From: Candidatus Roizmanbacteria bacterium CG_4_9_14_0_2_um_filter_38_17
Lineage (GTDB): Bacteria > Patescibacteriota > Microgenomatia > GCA-00278855
Direction: 5' to 3'
Length of the DNA stretch: 64,000 bases
Assembly (NCBI GenBank): GCA_002788855.1
Contig: PFSB01000017.1
Coordinates: forward strand, 35,739-99,738
A program made the position numbers and the translations under genes. The notes beneath the pieces are model-generated. The model was not told where the DNA came from and ran no database searches. It saw nothing but the letters and a program-made list of their open reading frames with translations. Shown in pieces: positions 28,501 through 37,799 of this stretch; positions within the stretch are counted from its first letter, which is position 1, and each line of letters begins with the position of its first letter.

Positions 28501-29006
28501 AGCATAATCATCAAAGCGCCTCTTCTGGTTCCACCTTGTTGAATAATGTCATGAGTAGCAACTGAATAAAGCTCAGCCCAGTTTACTGGTCCTGAAGAGT
28601 AGCCATTGACCTTGCTCACACGTGCACCACGAGGCCTGAGACTAGAAAGATTTACCCCTACCCCGCCACCGTGCGCCATAATCTCAACCATGTGTCCTAG
28701 GTTTTCTAAGATACCGTTTCGGGAATCTGGTGGATTGGGAATAACGTAACAATTGTAGTAAGTCACATCGTAGCCGGTTCCTGCGCCTGCTAAAACTCTG
28801 CCACCTGGCACATACCTAAAGTCCTGCATTACTCGATTGAACTCGTCCTCCCAATGCTTACGATTGCTAGGTTTTTCCTCTTTAGCTATGCCGCGAGCTA
28901 CGCGAGCCCACATCTGTTTAGGATCTTTTTCGATAGGATCTCCTGCCTTATTTTTTAGGGCGTACCTATCTTTGAATACTTTTTCGCTTACTCCTTCTAG
29001 TTTCAT
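25494..29006 (-). CDS. nrdJ: Class II (adenosylcobalamin-dependent) ribonucleotide reductase with intein
   Basis: NCYV, GGGVG, QGGTRRGA, NP-CGE split by intein, CNLGSLNL, APTGSTS, TSCPD-like domain, terminal CxxC zinc ribbon. Confidence 0.95.
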   Translation of the reverse strand: MKLEGVSEKVFKDRYALKNKAGDPIEKDPKQMWARVARGIAKEEKPSNRKHWEDEFNRVMQDFRYVPGGRVLAGAGTGYDVTYYNCYVIPNPPDSRNGILENLGHMVEIMAHGGGVGVNLSSLRPRGARVSKVNGYSSGPVNWAELYSVATHDIIQQGGTRRGALMIMLWDWHPDVQEFINVKRDLTRIRGANLSVCVSDKFMEAVKNDDDWNFIYPDIDDPKYDKEWDGYMQDWLDIGGKVNVHSTVRARDLWDQICEAAWNSAEPGVVFMERYNKWHNNYYFNRINCVNPCVTADTKVTTSDGIKTVGELYLSGEPVKAVVDGESYRATSFFKTGTKSVYRLKTKEGYELRLTKDHKVFTTTGKVEAGKLQQGDKIKLSSYGAFGTQGSLEQGRVLGWLVGDGSLKKNGNATLYFYGSEKQELAPQFAIYVHKMVDGEQVVARSYPIAPQYIDSEDKAVVESTRLWRLAGRYGLTPENKYKVPVAVLSGSKAMQKGFIQALFSADGHVAGTSKKGISVRLTSISYELLQDTQLLLLNFGIASKIYANRRKAGERALPDDHGGYKQLFHSLPNQCQAYHDLVISKDNLTRFAKEINFLHKYKQDKLETLLESYGKRGPYTETFIATFTELVSDGQEDVFDITVDKIHRFSANGMIISNCGEEGLPPWGVCNLGSLNLATFVNDSGNFDYDLLADHVKVAVRFQDNVIDGDVYIFEGIRKTQLEGERRIGIGTMGLADALIKMKIRYGSEKGLEVIDKIYKLIRDAAYDQSAELAKEKGAFPKFQRNKYLNAYFIKQLPERIRKKISKHGVRNSVILMQAPTGSTSLMAGVSSGIEPVFEFSFTRRDRLGEHKIFHPLYDAWRKDHPDDERPDYFVSAADLTPQNHVRVQAAIQKYVDASISKTVNAPADFTVEDVKELYTMAYDLGCKGVTFMREGSRPGVLERETDHVKSPSGENVAGQQTNGELPKDMPTITRRPLVLQGATYKMQTPVGKSFITVNTDPGGEPSEVFINIGKGGTDISAMAEAMGRLISLVFRINAPVSGEERVRSVLYQLGGIGGRSSTGFGKEKVLSLPDALAKVLGAHFNVTATNGTYKIMNHTNSTTNGHAKLNGNSFNTDKEVKEEKIVTLPAQLMMQPTTHLDICPDCGDASLAHEEGCKKCYSCGYSEC
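27030..28130 (-). mobile_element. 367-aa intein with LAGLIDADG homing endonuclease
   Basis: Begins CVTADT, block B LTKDHKV, LGWLVGDG and FIQALFSADG motifs, ends VFDITV...ISN followed by Cys. Confidence 0.93.
27289..27304 (+). repeat. Dispersed motif GGTAAACYATGAAACA, inside the intein (antisense)
   Basis: Exact match; reads LFHSLP in the intein. Confidence 0.9.
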
Positions 29007-29449
29007 AATATTTTTTTTAATTCTTTTTGAAATTCTTCAACTTCTACAAATCTTTTAAAAACCGAAGCAAATCTAATATATGCTACTTTATCTATTACTT
29101 TTAAGTGGTCAGCTATTAAGTTGCCAATTTCTCCGCTCTCAATTTCAACTGCGTCACCGTTACGTAATTGCTGCTCAACTTTATTAATTATTTCGTCAAT
29201 CTGATCGTGCGACACTTTAGTTCTTTCAGACGCTTTTAATACTCCATTTTTAACCTTATTTCGATCAAACTGTTCTCGCTTCCCGTCTTTTTTCTTAACA
29301 ATTAATGGCTCTGTTTCGATCCTTTCATATGTTGTATATCTTTTTTCACACTCTAGACATTCTCTTCTGCGCCTAGTTATAGCTAATTCTTGCGAATCGC
29401 GCGTTTCCATCACCTTGCTTTGATCAAAAGAGCAAAATGGACAAATCAT
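29003..29449 (-). CDS. nrdR: Transcriptional repressor NrdR
   Basis: CPFC...RRRRECLEC zinc ribbon, ATP cone, VAYIRFASV. Confidence 0.97.
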   Translation of the reverse strand: MICPFCSFDQSKVMETRDSQELAITRRRRECLECEKRYTTYERIETEPLIVKKKDGKREQFDRNKVKNGVLKASERTKVSHDQIDEIINKVEQQLRNGDAVEIESGEIGNLIADHLKVIDKVAYIRFASVFKRFVEVEEFQKELKKIL

Positions 29450-29464
29450 TTTTTTTCTATAAAA

Positions 29465-29517
29465 GCACTATGGGTAGTGCCAGCCATAAGCGTAAGACAT
29501 TATTTAGACAGTGTCAA
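29465..29517 (-). promoter_or_regulatory. nrdR-nrdJ promoter with NrdR-box-like sites
   Basis: TTGACA(29517-29512)-17-TACGCT; palindrome GCACTATGGGTAGTGC (29465-29480) and a weaker box at 29495-29510. Confidence 0.55.
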
Positions 29518-29686
29518 TGAAACAAACTATATCAGAAAAGCTCAATAATCACTTTTGAACCTAAGGCTATGTCAGTAATATAACTATAGGCTTAAATGAA
29601 CATTCTAATATGTGGCAGTAAAATATGGTCAGTTGTCTTGAATAACTAATTTAGTCTATATACCCTATATAGGGCCTAGGTATAGA

Positions 29687-30346
29687 CTATTGTCGGCTTT
29701 CTATTTCTAGTATTCTTTGGTTTACTTCTTCTGCTCTTTGAACACTCTCTTCATACCCCTTTTGTAAATTCTCTGGGGCATTATTTTTCATAATAATTAA
29801 CACTTCCTGGTGTTTGTTCGCAGATTTTTTGTATGTATCAATAGTGTTATTGGAAACAGAATCTTTATCTTCCTTTTGTAAATCATTAATAATATCGATC
29901 CCATTATTAAAGAACCCCTGAGCTTCTGCTACGGTTTTAGCTGCAAGCTCATATTTCCCTTTTTCAATCAAAAATACGCCCATGTTTAGCCGCTTATCAG
30001 CCATTAGTAGATTAAACTCTATTTTCCTCTGAGGGTCCTGAATAAAAAGATTTAACAACTTGTCTCTAAAAAGTTTGAGTGGATATAGTGCATGGTCAGG
30101 AAGGATGCCTGGATATGGTAAATTATAAACCGTTTTGTCCTGTATTTCCTCCATGACCATTATACCTGGATTGTCTATTGGTTGGGCCTGCATTGAGGCT
30201 TGTAAAACATCTAACCTGTCCGCCTCCGTCGTTGCCAACATGGAATTAGGAAGCTCCTCTGCAGTAGTCGTGCTAACGCTGTTATTAAAAAACAGGGGGC
30301 TAAATAATGCCAGAATGAGAATAAAACCAATTACTGACTGCTTCAT
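29687..30346 (-). CDS. Secreted helical protein (DUF5667-like)
   Basis: Signal peptide, LPYPGILPDHALYPLK...ADKRL. Confidence 0.75.
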   Translation of the reverse strand: MKQSVIGFILILALFSPLFFNNSVSTTTAEELPNSMLATTEADRLDVLQASMQAQPIDNPGIMVMEEIQDKTVYNLPYPGILPDHALYPLKLFRDKLLNLFIQDPQRKIEFNLLMADKRLNMGVFLIEKGKYELAAKTVAEAQGFFNNGIDIINDLQKEDKDSVSNNTIDTYKKSANKHQEVLIIMKNNAPENLQKGYEESVQRAEEVNQRILEIESRQ

Positions 30347-30400
30347 TAAGTTCGTTTTTACCTCAATTGAGTTGGTTTGTCAACTGATTTATTCATTCAG

Positions 30401-30625
30401 TCAGTCATATTTAGCCAATTCAGTTAACATTTTTCTGTTCTTTTTTACGATCTTTTTTAACCATTGTTCTAATTTTTCGTTAACTTTTGTAACTATAAGT
30501 AGTTTATTTTTTGTTTCAAATGTTGAAATAACTCTATCCCCTATTTTCCAACCAAGTTCTTTTAGATGTTCTTTAGGAATGGTTACCGCTGCAGAATTAC
30601 CAACCCTGATTATTTTTTGCCTCAT
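30401..30625 (-). CDS. AbrB/MazE-family antitoxin, orphan
   Basis: KIIRVGNSAAVTIPKE; upstream palindrome TGTTATAAC-C-GTTATAACA (30625-30643). Confidence 0.85.
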   Translation of the reverse strand: MRQKIIRVGNSAAVTIPKEHLKELGWKIGDRVISTFETKNKLLIVTKVNEKLEQWLKKIVKKNRKMLTELAKYD

Positions 30626-30684
30626 GTTATAACCGTTATAACATCCTTACCGGTGAATATCAACCTGGCCTATCGAAAGAAAAT

Positions 30685-31248
30685 CTAATGGGAGTTTCCA
30701 TCAAAGCCTAACTTGTCTAAGACTATCCCCATGGTCTCGTTGGGACCGGTTGTATAGGTGTCTAATACTAAGTTGTAATACTTGGGGTCCCAGAAATCAT
30801 ATTTACCGTAGAGTGCCTGCCACTTTTTAATATTCCCCTTTTCACGGGACTCTATCTGCTTTTTGGCTTCATCTACTGACATATTATCTCTGTTGACTAA
30901 TCTATCTATACGCAAAGCGTCGTCACACGTTAGAAGAACTCGTAAAACTCCTTTAATATCCTTTGCTACAAATCCAGATAGCCAGGCTTCGTAGATGAGT
31001 TTGTCTTCATTGGTAAGCTTCTCTTTTGTCATCGCTTCAATGTCCTTTTCCCATTGGTCGGCTCTTGTATCAGAACCTGAGAAATGCTCACTTTTACCAC
31101 GCTTGCGGTCAAATTCTCGTTGCAGGTCGCCAACGTTAATTCTTTTCCAGCCAAGGGCACGCTCAAGATTCTTAGCTAAAGTAGAGGTTCCAGTGGCAAT
31201 TCTGCCAGACACAGTGATATTGCTATATTTGTAATTCTTGCCAGCCAT
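30685..31248 (-). CDS. cmk: Cytidylate kinase, archaeal-like family
   Basis: ITVSGRIATGTSTLAK P-loop, YNLVLDT. Confidence 0.75.
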   Translation of the reverse strand: MAGKNYKYSNITVSGRIATGTSTLAKNLERALGWKRINVGDLQREFDRKRGKSEHFSGSDTRADQWEKDIEAMTKEKLTNEDKLIYEAWLSGFVAKDIKGVLRVLLTCDDALRIDRLVNRDNMSVDEAKKQIESREKGNIKKWQALYGKYDFWDPKYYNLVLDTYTTGPNETMGIVLDKLGFDGNSH

Positions 31249-31286
31249 GTTAAGAATTATATTCTGGTTGACATATTATTACAAGG

Positions 31287-32450
31287 ATGATAAAAGAGGT
31301 TATGGTAAGGGTCGTCAAGAATCAACAATGTTACCTCACATACGACGACGTTCTCCTTTTACCTGAATATACGGATTTTAGCCGAGGAGATATTAACCTA
31401 AGGACACAGTTAACCAAAAAAATCGGGCTTGATCTTCCCTTAGTTGCAGCTCCCATGGATACGGTGGCTGAAAGCAAGTTGGCAATAGCTCTAGCAAAAC
31501 TTGGTGGGATTGCTTTTATTCACCGAAATCTAACTGTGGCTGATCAAGCAATGGAAGTCAAAGCAGTTAAGCAAAAAAACTTTTTAGTTGGAGCCGCGAT
31601 CGGAGCAAGCTCCGGGTATGAGGATAGGGTGGAAGTTTTAGTTAAAACAGGAGTAGATGTGATAGTGGTTGATTCTGCACATGGATACGCAAAGAATGTA
31701 ATTGACACAATAAAGTGGGTAAAGAACAAATATCCCAAGCTTCAAGTAATTGGAGGGAATATTGCGACAAAAGATGGCGCAGAGGCTTTAATCAAAGCAG
31801 GAGCAGATGGCCTTAGAGTAGGCATGGGACCTGGCGCAATCTGCACCACTCGGGTTATTTCAGGAATGGGAGTCCCGCAGATTAGTGCAGTATCAGACTG
31901 TGTTGAAGTAGCAGACAAGTACAGTGTACCAGTAATTGCTGATGGAGGAATTGCCCACTCAGGAGATATTGTTAAGGCATTGGCGGCGGGAGCGGCAAGC
32001 GTAATGATGGGCAGCTACTTTGCCTCTGCGGAAGAGTCACCTGGAAAAGTAGTTGATCTTGAGGCTCTGCAAGTACCAGCTAGGTTTAAGAGTATCTTAA
32101 AAGATGGCATAAAAATATATAAGTTTAAGGAGTATCGGGGAATGGGGTCGGTAGGAGCGATGAAAAAAGGTACTAAGATTAAGTCAGAAGACGAGTACCA
32201 TGGTAAGAGTTATAAGGATCGAGTAATGGTCGCAGAAGGAGTTGAGGGCTTGGTGCCTGTCAAAGGAACTGTTAAAGACCTTGTTGACCAAGCTGTTGGA
32301 GGAATGAAATCGGGGCTTTATTATGTTGGGGCAAAGAGTATTTCCGAATTGCAAAAGAAAGCTAAATTCATTCAGATAACCCAAGCATCGCTAACTGAAG
32401 GCCATCCACATGATATTTTAGTTACAAACGCTGGGAGTAATTACCAATGA
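31287..32450 (+). CDS. guaB: IMP dehydrogenase (no CBS domains)
   Basis: LTYDDVLL, APMDTV, GMGPGAICTT, YRGMGS, VAEGVEG. Confidence 0.95.
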   Translation: MIKEVMVRVVKNQQCYLTYDDVLLLPEYTDFSRGDINLRTQLTKKIGLDLPLVAAPMDTVAESKLAIALAKLGGIAFIHRNLTVADQAMEVKAVKQKNFLVGAAIGASSGYEDRVEVLVKTGVDVIVVDSAHGYAKNVIDTIKWVKNKYPKLQVIGGNIATKDGAEALIKAGADGLRVGMGPGAICTTRVISGMGVPQISAVSDCVEVADKYSVPVIADGGIAHSGDIVKALAAGAASVMMGSYFASAEESPGKVVDLEALQVPARFKSILKDGIKIYKFKEYRGMGSVGAMKKGTKIKSEDEYHGKSYKDRVMVAEGVEGLVPVKGTVKDLVDQAVGGMKSGLYYVGAKSISELQKKAKFIQITQASLTEGHPHDILVTNAGSNYQ

Positions 32451-33970
32451 TAGTTATTGTAGACTTTGGCAGTCAAACCACACATTTAATCGGCAGACGT
32501 ATTCGTGATTTTGGAGTTGATGTAACAATTATTGAACCAGAAAGAGCCCTTCGACAAGCTCAGGACCTTCGGCCCAAAGGGATTATTTTGTCAGGTGGAC
32601 CAGCAAGTGTGTACGCACGAAGCGCCCCAACCATAGATAAGAAGGTATTTGATCTGGGGATACCAATTCTTGGCATTTGTTATGGCTGGCAACTTACAGC
32701 ACACCTGCTTAATGGTGAAGTTAAAAGCGGAAAAAAAGAATACGGCCCAACCACATTAAAAATTGATGATTATTCTGATCTATTTTATGGACTACCACGT
32801 GAAACAAGAGTTTTTGAATCACATGGAGACACAGTGTATAAAATGCCAAAGGGTTTTAAGGTTATTGCGAAGACCGGAAGCGTTGAGAATGCAGCCGTAA
32901 GAGAAGATAAGCGCAAAATTTATGGAGTCCAGTTTCATCCCGAAATGCACCACACGAAACAAGGCAGACAAATCTTAAAAAACTTCATCACAATAATATG
33001 TAATATTGGTGTTCATCCAGTTCGCATTAATACTAATTCAATAATCCAAGAAATTAGAGAAAAAGTAGGAGATAAACAGGTTATTGGTGCATTTTCAGGA
33101 GGAACAGATTCGGCAATTGCAGGGGCTTTGGTGGCTAAGGCTATCGGGAAACAGTTTATACCCATCTACATTGATAGTGGCCTAATGCGAGAGGGAACTT
33201 TGGAGAGAATTAAGAGTGATTTTCCAAAAGTCTTGGGAATAAAAGTACAGGTAATTAATACCCGCAAAGAATTTCTAAAACGTTTAAAAAGCGTCACCGA
33301 TCCAGAGAAAAAACGGAAAACTATTGGAAACTTGTATATTGAATTATTTGAGCGAGAGATAAAAAAATACAAAAACGTTGCATTTTTGCTCCAAGGAACA
33401 ACCTATGCAGACTTTATACAGGCAAAAGGACAAGGAAAAGAAAAATCTGCACACATAAAAAGCCATCATAATGTTGGTGGCTTGCCCAAAAACATGAAAT
33501 TAAAGCTACTTGAACCACTGCGATACTACTATACCGATCAGGTCAGGAAAATTGGATTATTGCTTAAGCTACCTAAAGATATTGTTTTTCAACAACCTTT
33601 TCCAGGACCTGGTCATGCTGTGCGAATAGTTGGAGAAGTAACAGAGAGTAGACTAGATCAACAAATTATGGCCGATGCTATCGTTGTTGATGAACTTAAA
33701 AAATCTGGCTGGTACGATAAAGTGTTTCAGTGTTGGTCTGTGATGACTGGAACAAATAGCACTGGTGTAAAAGGTGATGAGAGATTTTATGGGGAAGTTG
33801 TGGCATTGAGAATAGTAGATAGTAAAGATCGGATGACAGCTGATTGGTCAAGAATTCCGCATAAAGTACTCGCAAGATTATCTACACGTATTGTTAATGA
33901 AGTACCGGAGATCTCGCGCGTTGTGTATGACATCACCACCAAACCCCCAGCTACCATGGAATGGGAATAA
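32447..33970 (+). CDS. guaA: GMP synthase (glutamine-hydrolysing)
   Basis: DFGSQ, GICYG, QFHPE, SGGTDS, KSHHNVGG, TKPPATMEWE. Confidence 0.97.
   Translation: MIVIVDFGSQTTHLIGRRIRDFGVDVTIIEPERALRQAQDLRPKGIILSGGPASVYARSAPTIDKKVFDLGIPILGICYGWQLTAHLLNGEVKSGKKEYGPTTLKIDDYSDLFYGLPRETRVFESHGDTVYKMPKGFKVIAKTGSVENAAVREDKRKIYGVQFHPEMHHTKQGRQILKNFITIICNIGVHPVRINTNSIIQEIREKVGDKQVIGAFSGGTDSAIAGALVAKAIGKQFIPIYIDSGLMREGTLERIKSDFPKVLGIKVQVINTRKEFLKRLKSVTDPEKKRKTIGNLYIELFEREIKKYKNVAFLLQGTTYADFIQAKGQGKEKSAHIKSHHNVGGLPKNMKLKLLEPLRYYYTDQVRKIGLLLKLPKDIVFQQPFPGPGHAVRIVGEVTESRLDQQIMADAIVVDELKKSGWYDKVFQCWSVMTGTNSTGVKGDERFYGEVVALRIVDSKDRMTADWSRIPHKVLARLSTRIVNEVPEISRVVYDITTKPPATMEWE
32547..32574 (+). repeat. REP-like CTTCGACAAGCTCAGG element in frame in guaA
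   Basis: CCCTTCGACAAGCTCAGGACCTTCGGCC encodes LRQAQDLRP; similar to 45012-45037 and to the reverse complement of 12285-12303. Confidence 0.7.
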
Positions 33971-34038
33971 ATTATAGAGTCGACCCCTATAATAGCCCGT
34001 AAACTGGGGCTTATTGTAAGGCTAAGCCTTACTTGGGA

Positions 34039-34497
34039 TTATTCTACCTTGAGGATTTGGGCGAGCTTGGAGGTGGAGGGAGTATTGATTTGATCTGTTA
34101 CTATTTTTAATTCACCACCAATACCTGCGGCCTGCTTGCGCTTATTATCTAGTTGCGGGTCGTTTTTTGTAACAGCTATCACGTCTGGTTTAATCGCCTT
34201 AACCAGATCAAAATAGTCTTTATCTGAATTCATCTCGTTTAGGAGAATTACGTAATCTACACATATAAGTTCACTAAGAATTTCAGCTCGAATTTGTTGA
34301 TTGAAAATTGGCCGACTCTTTCCTTTAAGTCTTTGCACAGTAGTGTCACTTTCCAGCGCTACAATTAATATGTCACCATATTTTTTGGCTTCTTTTAGAA
34401 ACTTTATGTGCCCATAGTGGAGAAGGTCAAATACACCTCCAGCTAAAACTAGCTTCTTATTACTGGGTATTTGATCAAGCTTAATAATTTTATTCAT
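34039..34497 (-). CDS. Cytidylyltransferase-family nucleotidyltransferase (RibL/TagD-like)
   Basis: GGVFDLLHYGH (HxGH), RPIF...RAEIL, STS. Confidence 0.85.
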   Translation of the reverse strand: MNKIIKLDQIPSNKKLVLAGGVFDLLHYGHIKFLKEAKKYGDILIVALESDTTVQRLKGKSRPIFNQQIRAEILSELICVDYVILLNEMNSDKDYFDLVKAIKPDVIAVTKNDPQLDNKRKQAAGIGGELKIVTDQINTPSTSKLAQILKVE

Positions 34498-34500
34498 ACT

Positions 34501-36204
34501 TTAAGCTCCAGTCCCCCGCAAATACACCGCTTGCCAAGGTCTGAAATTAGAGAAAAATGTTCTACTGGTAAGAGTTTCACCATTTCTGGTAACTGTGTAA
34601 TCAAAGGCAACTTTCGATCCCCAAGCGGCAAAGTCTACCTGTTTAACAGATCCAACAGGGAGTGATGGATCGTCCTGATAAAGTGGTTCTGGAGGCGATT
34701 GCTGATCCCAGACACGGTGATTTGAGATAGTAGTTTCTCTCCCATCAGAAGTACCATAAATTTCATAAGTCAATTTAGCTTGGGCGCTGTCAACTTTTGT
34801 TTGAATTAGTATGTATGCGGTGGTGTCATTTTTAAAGCGAAAGTCCGTTGATGGTGCATAGACTGTTGCGTCAAGCCCTGGCTTAAAATTGCCTTTTTCA
34901 TAGTACACCACACGGTAAGAATGAGCCTTTCGTTCTGTGATAGGAAGCCCCGCGTCCAATACAGCGCGAAATAAAGTGGTGGAATCTTGGCAAACTCCTC
35001 CCCCATCACCAAGAACTGTGCGCCCATCTTTGATAACATAAGCAGCCTGATAACCACTTGAATAAGAAATATCTCCAACTGTATCGTTAAACGAAAATTC
35101 CTCACCTGGAGGAATAAGTGTTCCATTAATACGACTTGCTGCCAGCGATAAATTATGTATCCTGCCTACTGCAGAACCAGTAAAGTATGAAACACCTTGA
35201 CTTAAAAGATCATTAATTCCTAAGCTATTTGCGTCTTGATTCACAATTTCCGGTTGAGTAATGACTACACTTAGCTCCACTTCATGAGTCTGTGAGTCGA
35301 GATTCTCTAACAGTATTAGGGCATTGGTTAGTTCTACGGATGCTTGTTCTTTTTTAAGTTCTTGACCAGCATCGGCTGGTTTAAATGCCGTCACTTTCCC
35401 ATTTTCTAACTTCAAGAGAGCATTTTGAGGAGGATGATCATGACTTTGTGCATAAGTATCTATAAGTACTGCTATTTTTTCTGTGTCATAGCCTCCCTTA
35501 AAATTCAATAAGCTAATGATCCGTTCCCCGTCCAACTCTTCCATGTTATCTGCAATGTGAATAGATAATGTTTTAGATAAGAATTTCTGTCCACGAGCTA
35601 GTGTACTTTCCAGTTGGGAGCTAGATATGGCTACTTCAACCAGTTTTACTGGTAGCTTTATGTGGTTAAAATTTAGCATGGCAAGTTGATTATTTATTAA
35701 GTCAATAACCTCTTGCTGTGGTAATTCTTGCCCATCTTGACCTGGAATTGTTTCTAGCGTATCCTCTACTAACTGTATTTCGGTTTTCTGTGCTGGAAAA
35801 CTGAGTTGAGCAGAAATCGTGGCAATCGATGCCTCAAGTTCTAAATTATTAATTTCATAGCTCACTGGTTGATTGTTAAACTGTTGGGTTAAAAGTTTTA
35901 CGATACTGCGTTGGTTAAATGCAGCGTCGATAGAGCTACTGATGCGAGGATTATATTGTAGTTCCTTTAAGGATAATTCCCAAGTGGTGTTTTGGTGTGT
36001 TAATACAATACTTTCTGGTGTATTCTCATTAATTAAAAGTCGAAGTTTATCTTGAGCCTCTGCTCTGGTTAAGGCGCTCATGCTGATTCCAGCAATACTC
36101 ATACCAGGATAAAGACGATCATTTAAGTAAATGAAGCTCGCCCCAAACCCTAGAATTATTCCGATAAAAATGACTGTTAATGACCTGATTATTATTTGTT
36201 TCAC
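34501..36204 (-). CDS. VanW-family protein with peptidoglycan-binding domains
   Basis: RIHNL, EEFSFN, GGGVCQDSTTLFRA, GLDATVY. Confidence 0.9.
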   Translation of the reverse strand: MKQIIIRSLTVIFIGIILGFGASFIYLNDRLYPGMSIAGISMSALTRAEAQDKLRLLINENTPESIVLTHQNTTWELSLKELQYNPRISSSIDAAFNQRSIVKLLTQQFNNQPVSYEINNLELEASIATISAQLSFPAQKTEIQLVEDTLETIPGQDGQELPQQEVIDLINNQLAMLNFNHIKLPVKLVEVAISSSQLESTLARGQKFLSKTLSIHIADNMEELDGERIISLLNFKGGYDTEKIAVLIDTYAQSHDHPPQNALLKLENGKVTAFKPADAGQELKKEQASVELTNALILLENLDSQTHEVELSVVITQPEIVNQDANSLGINDLLSQGVSYFTGSAVGRIHNLSLAASRINGTLIPPGEEFSFNDTVGDISYSSGYQAAYVIKDGRTVLGDGGGVCQDSTTLFRAVLDAGLPITERKAHSYRVVYYEKGNFKPGLDATVYAPSTDFRFKNDTTAYILIQTKVDSAQAKLTYEIYGTSDGRETTISNHRVWDQQSPPEPLYQDDPSLPVGSVKQVDFAAWGSKVAFDYTVTRNGETLTSRTFFSNFRPWQAVYLRGTGA

Positions 36205-36221
36205 ACCTTATAAAAACGGTT

Positions 36222-36256
36222 GGGTAAACTAGGTAAACTATGAGACACATGAAACA
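36222..36256 (+). repeat. Nested or duplicated copy of the dispersed motif
   Basis: GGGTAAACTA-GGTAAACTATGAGACA-CATGAAACA. Confidence 0.8.
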
Positions 36257-36278
36257 CCTATGCTATGATAACATAAGC

Positions 36279-37748
36279 ATGGCTGATAACGAACAAAAAG
36301 ACCCACAGGGTCCATTGAAATCTAAGCAGACTGATCCACTAGATCCGTTGGAGAGTGCGTATGAAAGCGATGTATTTCATGGAGACCCAATCATGGATGA
36401 TGAGTATATCGAGCCAGAACTCCCCCCACCACCACCTGCCTCAATTTTTCAGCGCATCTTAAAAGCAATTCCCTTCTTAATTGGAATAATTATTCTACTC
36501 CTACTGGGGTATTTGGCCTACAACTACTTTTTAGAACGTAATGGCAAGGGTGGACCAGCAGACTTAAACTATTGGACGCTGTGGGAAGACGATAGTGTTT
36601 ACCAGCCTCTGATTGAGGAGTACCAGCAGCAGCATTTGGGAGTTACAGTCACATTGCAGAAACAATCAGTTATTCAATATCGTGAGCGACTACAAACACA
36701 TATTGCCCGTGGGGAAGGACCAGACATCTTTCGCTTTCATAATACCTGGACTCCGATGCTCCAAGACGAGCTATCAGCTATGCCAAATAGCGTGATGACA
36801 CGAGCTGAATTTAAAGAAGCTTATTACCCTGTAATAGTAGAAGATCTCTCTGTTGGAGAAACAACTGTAGGCCTCCCATTAATGTTCGATGGATTAGTGG
36901 TTTTTTATAACAAAGATATTTTACAGGCAGCTGGTTTTAGTGCTCCTTCTGGCGACTGGAATGAGTTTTTACTACAAGCAGAGAACATGACAGTTAAACA
37001 AGGTAATAAGATTGTGACGGCGGGAGCTGCCCTTGGCCGAGCAGACAATATTGAACATTTTTCAGATATACTCGGGCTATTAATGTTGCAAAATGGTGCC
37101 AATCCTGCTCGTCCTAATACCGACGCTGGCGCGGGTGGGCTGGTGTTTTATCGTATATTCGCCCAGACCCCAGATAACGTTTGGAGTTTGGAATTTGATA
37201 ATGATATTCTTGCTTTTGCAGGAGGGAAGGTTGCCATGATTTTTGCGCCTTCTTGGGAAGCTTTCACTATTGCTGCTATAAATCCAGATCTGAATTTCTC
37301 CACTTCTCCTGTACCCCAGGTTGCTGGCTCCGAAAGCCAAGTTGCCTGGGCTAGTTATTGGGCTGAGGGAGTGAATGCAAAAAGTCCCAACCAACAACAA
37401 GCTTGGGAGTTCCTAAAGTTTATGGCACAAAAAGAGTCACTGGAAAAATTCTATAAGCTAACCGCGGAAACCAGGGTCTTATTTGGAGAGCCGTATCCAA
37501 GACGCGACCTCGTAGAAACACTAGGACAAAATGACTACTTAGCGCCATTGGCTCAACAGGGTGAGTTTGCCCAGAGTTTTTACATGGCATCGCGCACGTA
37601 TGATAATGGAATTAATGATGGGATTATTCAGTACTATAAAAATGCAGTTAATAGTTTAGATTCTGGTAATAGCCCCCAAGAAGCTTTGGAAACTGCCGCA
37701 CAAGGAATCACCCAGGTCTTAGAGAGATTTAATGTGGTAATTGAGTAA
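36279..37748 (+). CDS. Membrane-anchored extracellular solute-binding protein (sugar ABC type)
   Basis: TM helix, GEGPDIF, GLPLMFDGLVVFYNKD, FAGGKVAM, AWEFLKFM; start set at MADNE. Confidence 0.88.
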   Translation: MADNEQKDPQGPLKSKQTDPLDPLESAYESDVFHGDPIMDDEYIEPELPPPPPASIFQRILKAIPFLIGIIILLLLGYLAYNYFLERNGKGGPADLNYWTLWEDDSVYQPLIEEYQQQHLGVTVTLQKQSVIQYRERLQTHIARGEGPDIFRFHNTWTPMLQDELSAMPNSVMTRAEFKEAYYPVIVEDLSVGETTVGLPLMFDGLVVFYNKDILQAAGFSAPSGDWNEFLLQAENMTVKQGNKIVTAGAALGRADNIEHFSDILGLLMLQNGANPARPNTDAGAGGLVFYRIFAQTPDNVWSLEFDNDILAFAGGKVAMIFAPSWEAFTIAAINPDLNFSTSPVPQVAGSESQVAWASYWAEGVNAKSPNQQQAWEFLKFMAQKESLEKFYKLTAETRVLFGEPYPRRDLVETLGQNDYLAPLAQQGEFAQSFYMASRTYDNGINDGIIQYYKNAVNSLDSGNSPQEALETAAQGITQVLERFNVVIE

Positions 37749-37799
37749 TATTAATTCTTCGATCAAGAATGTGCTCTCTTCTAATCTCTTAATAGATTA

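Noticed and set aside
30135-30632. 165-aa plus-strand ORF
   Set aside because: It is antisense to two better-supported genes.
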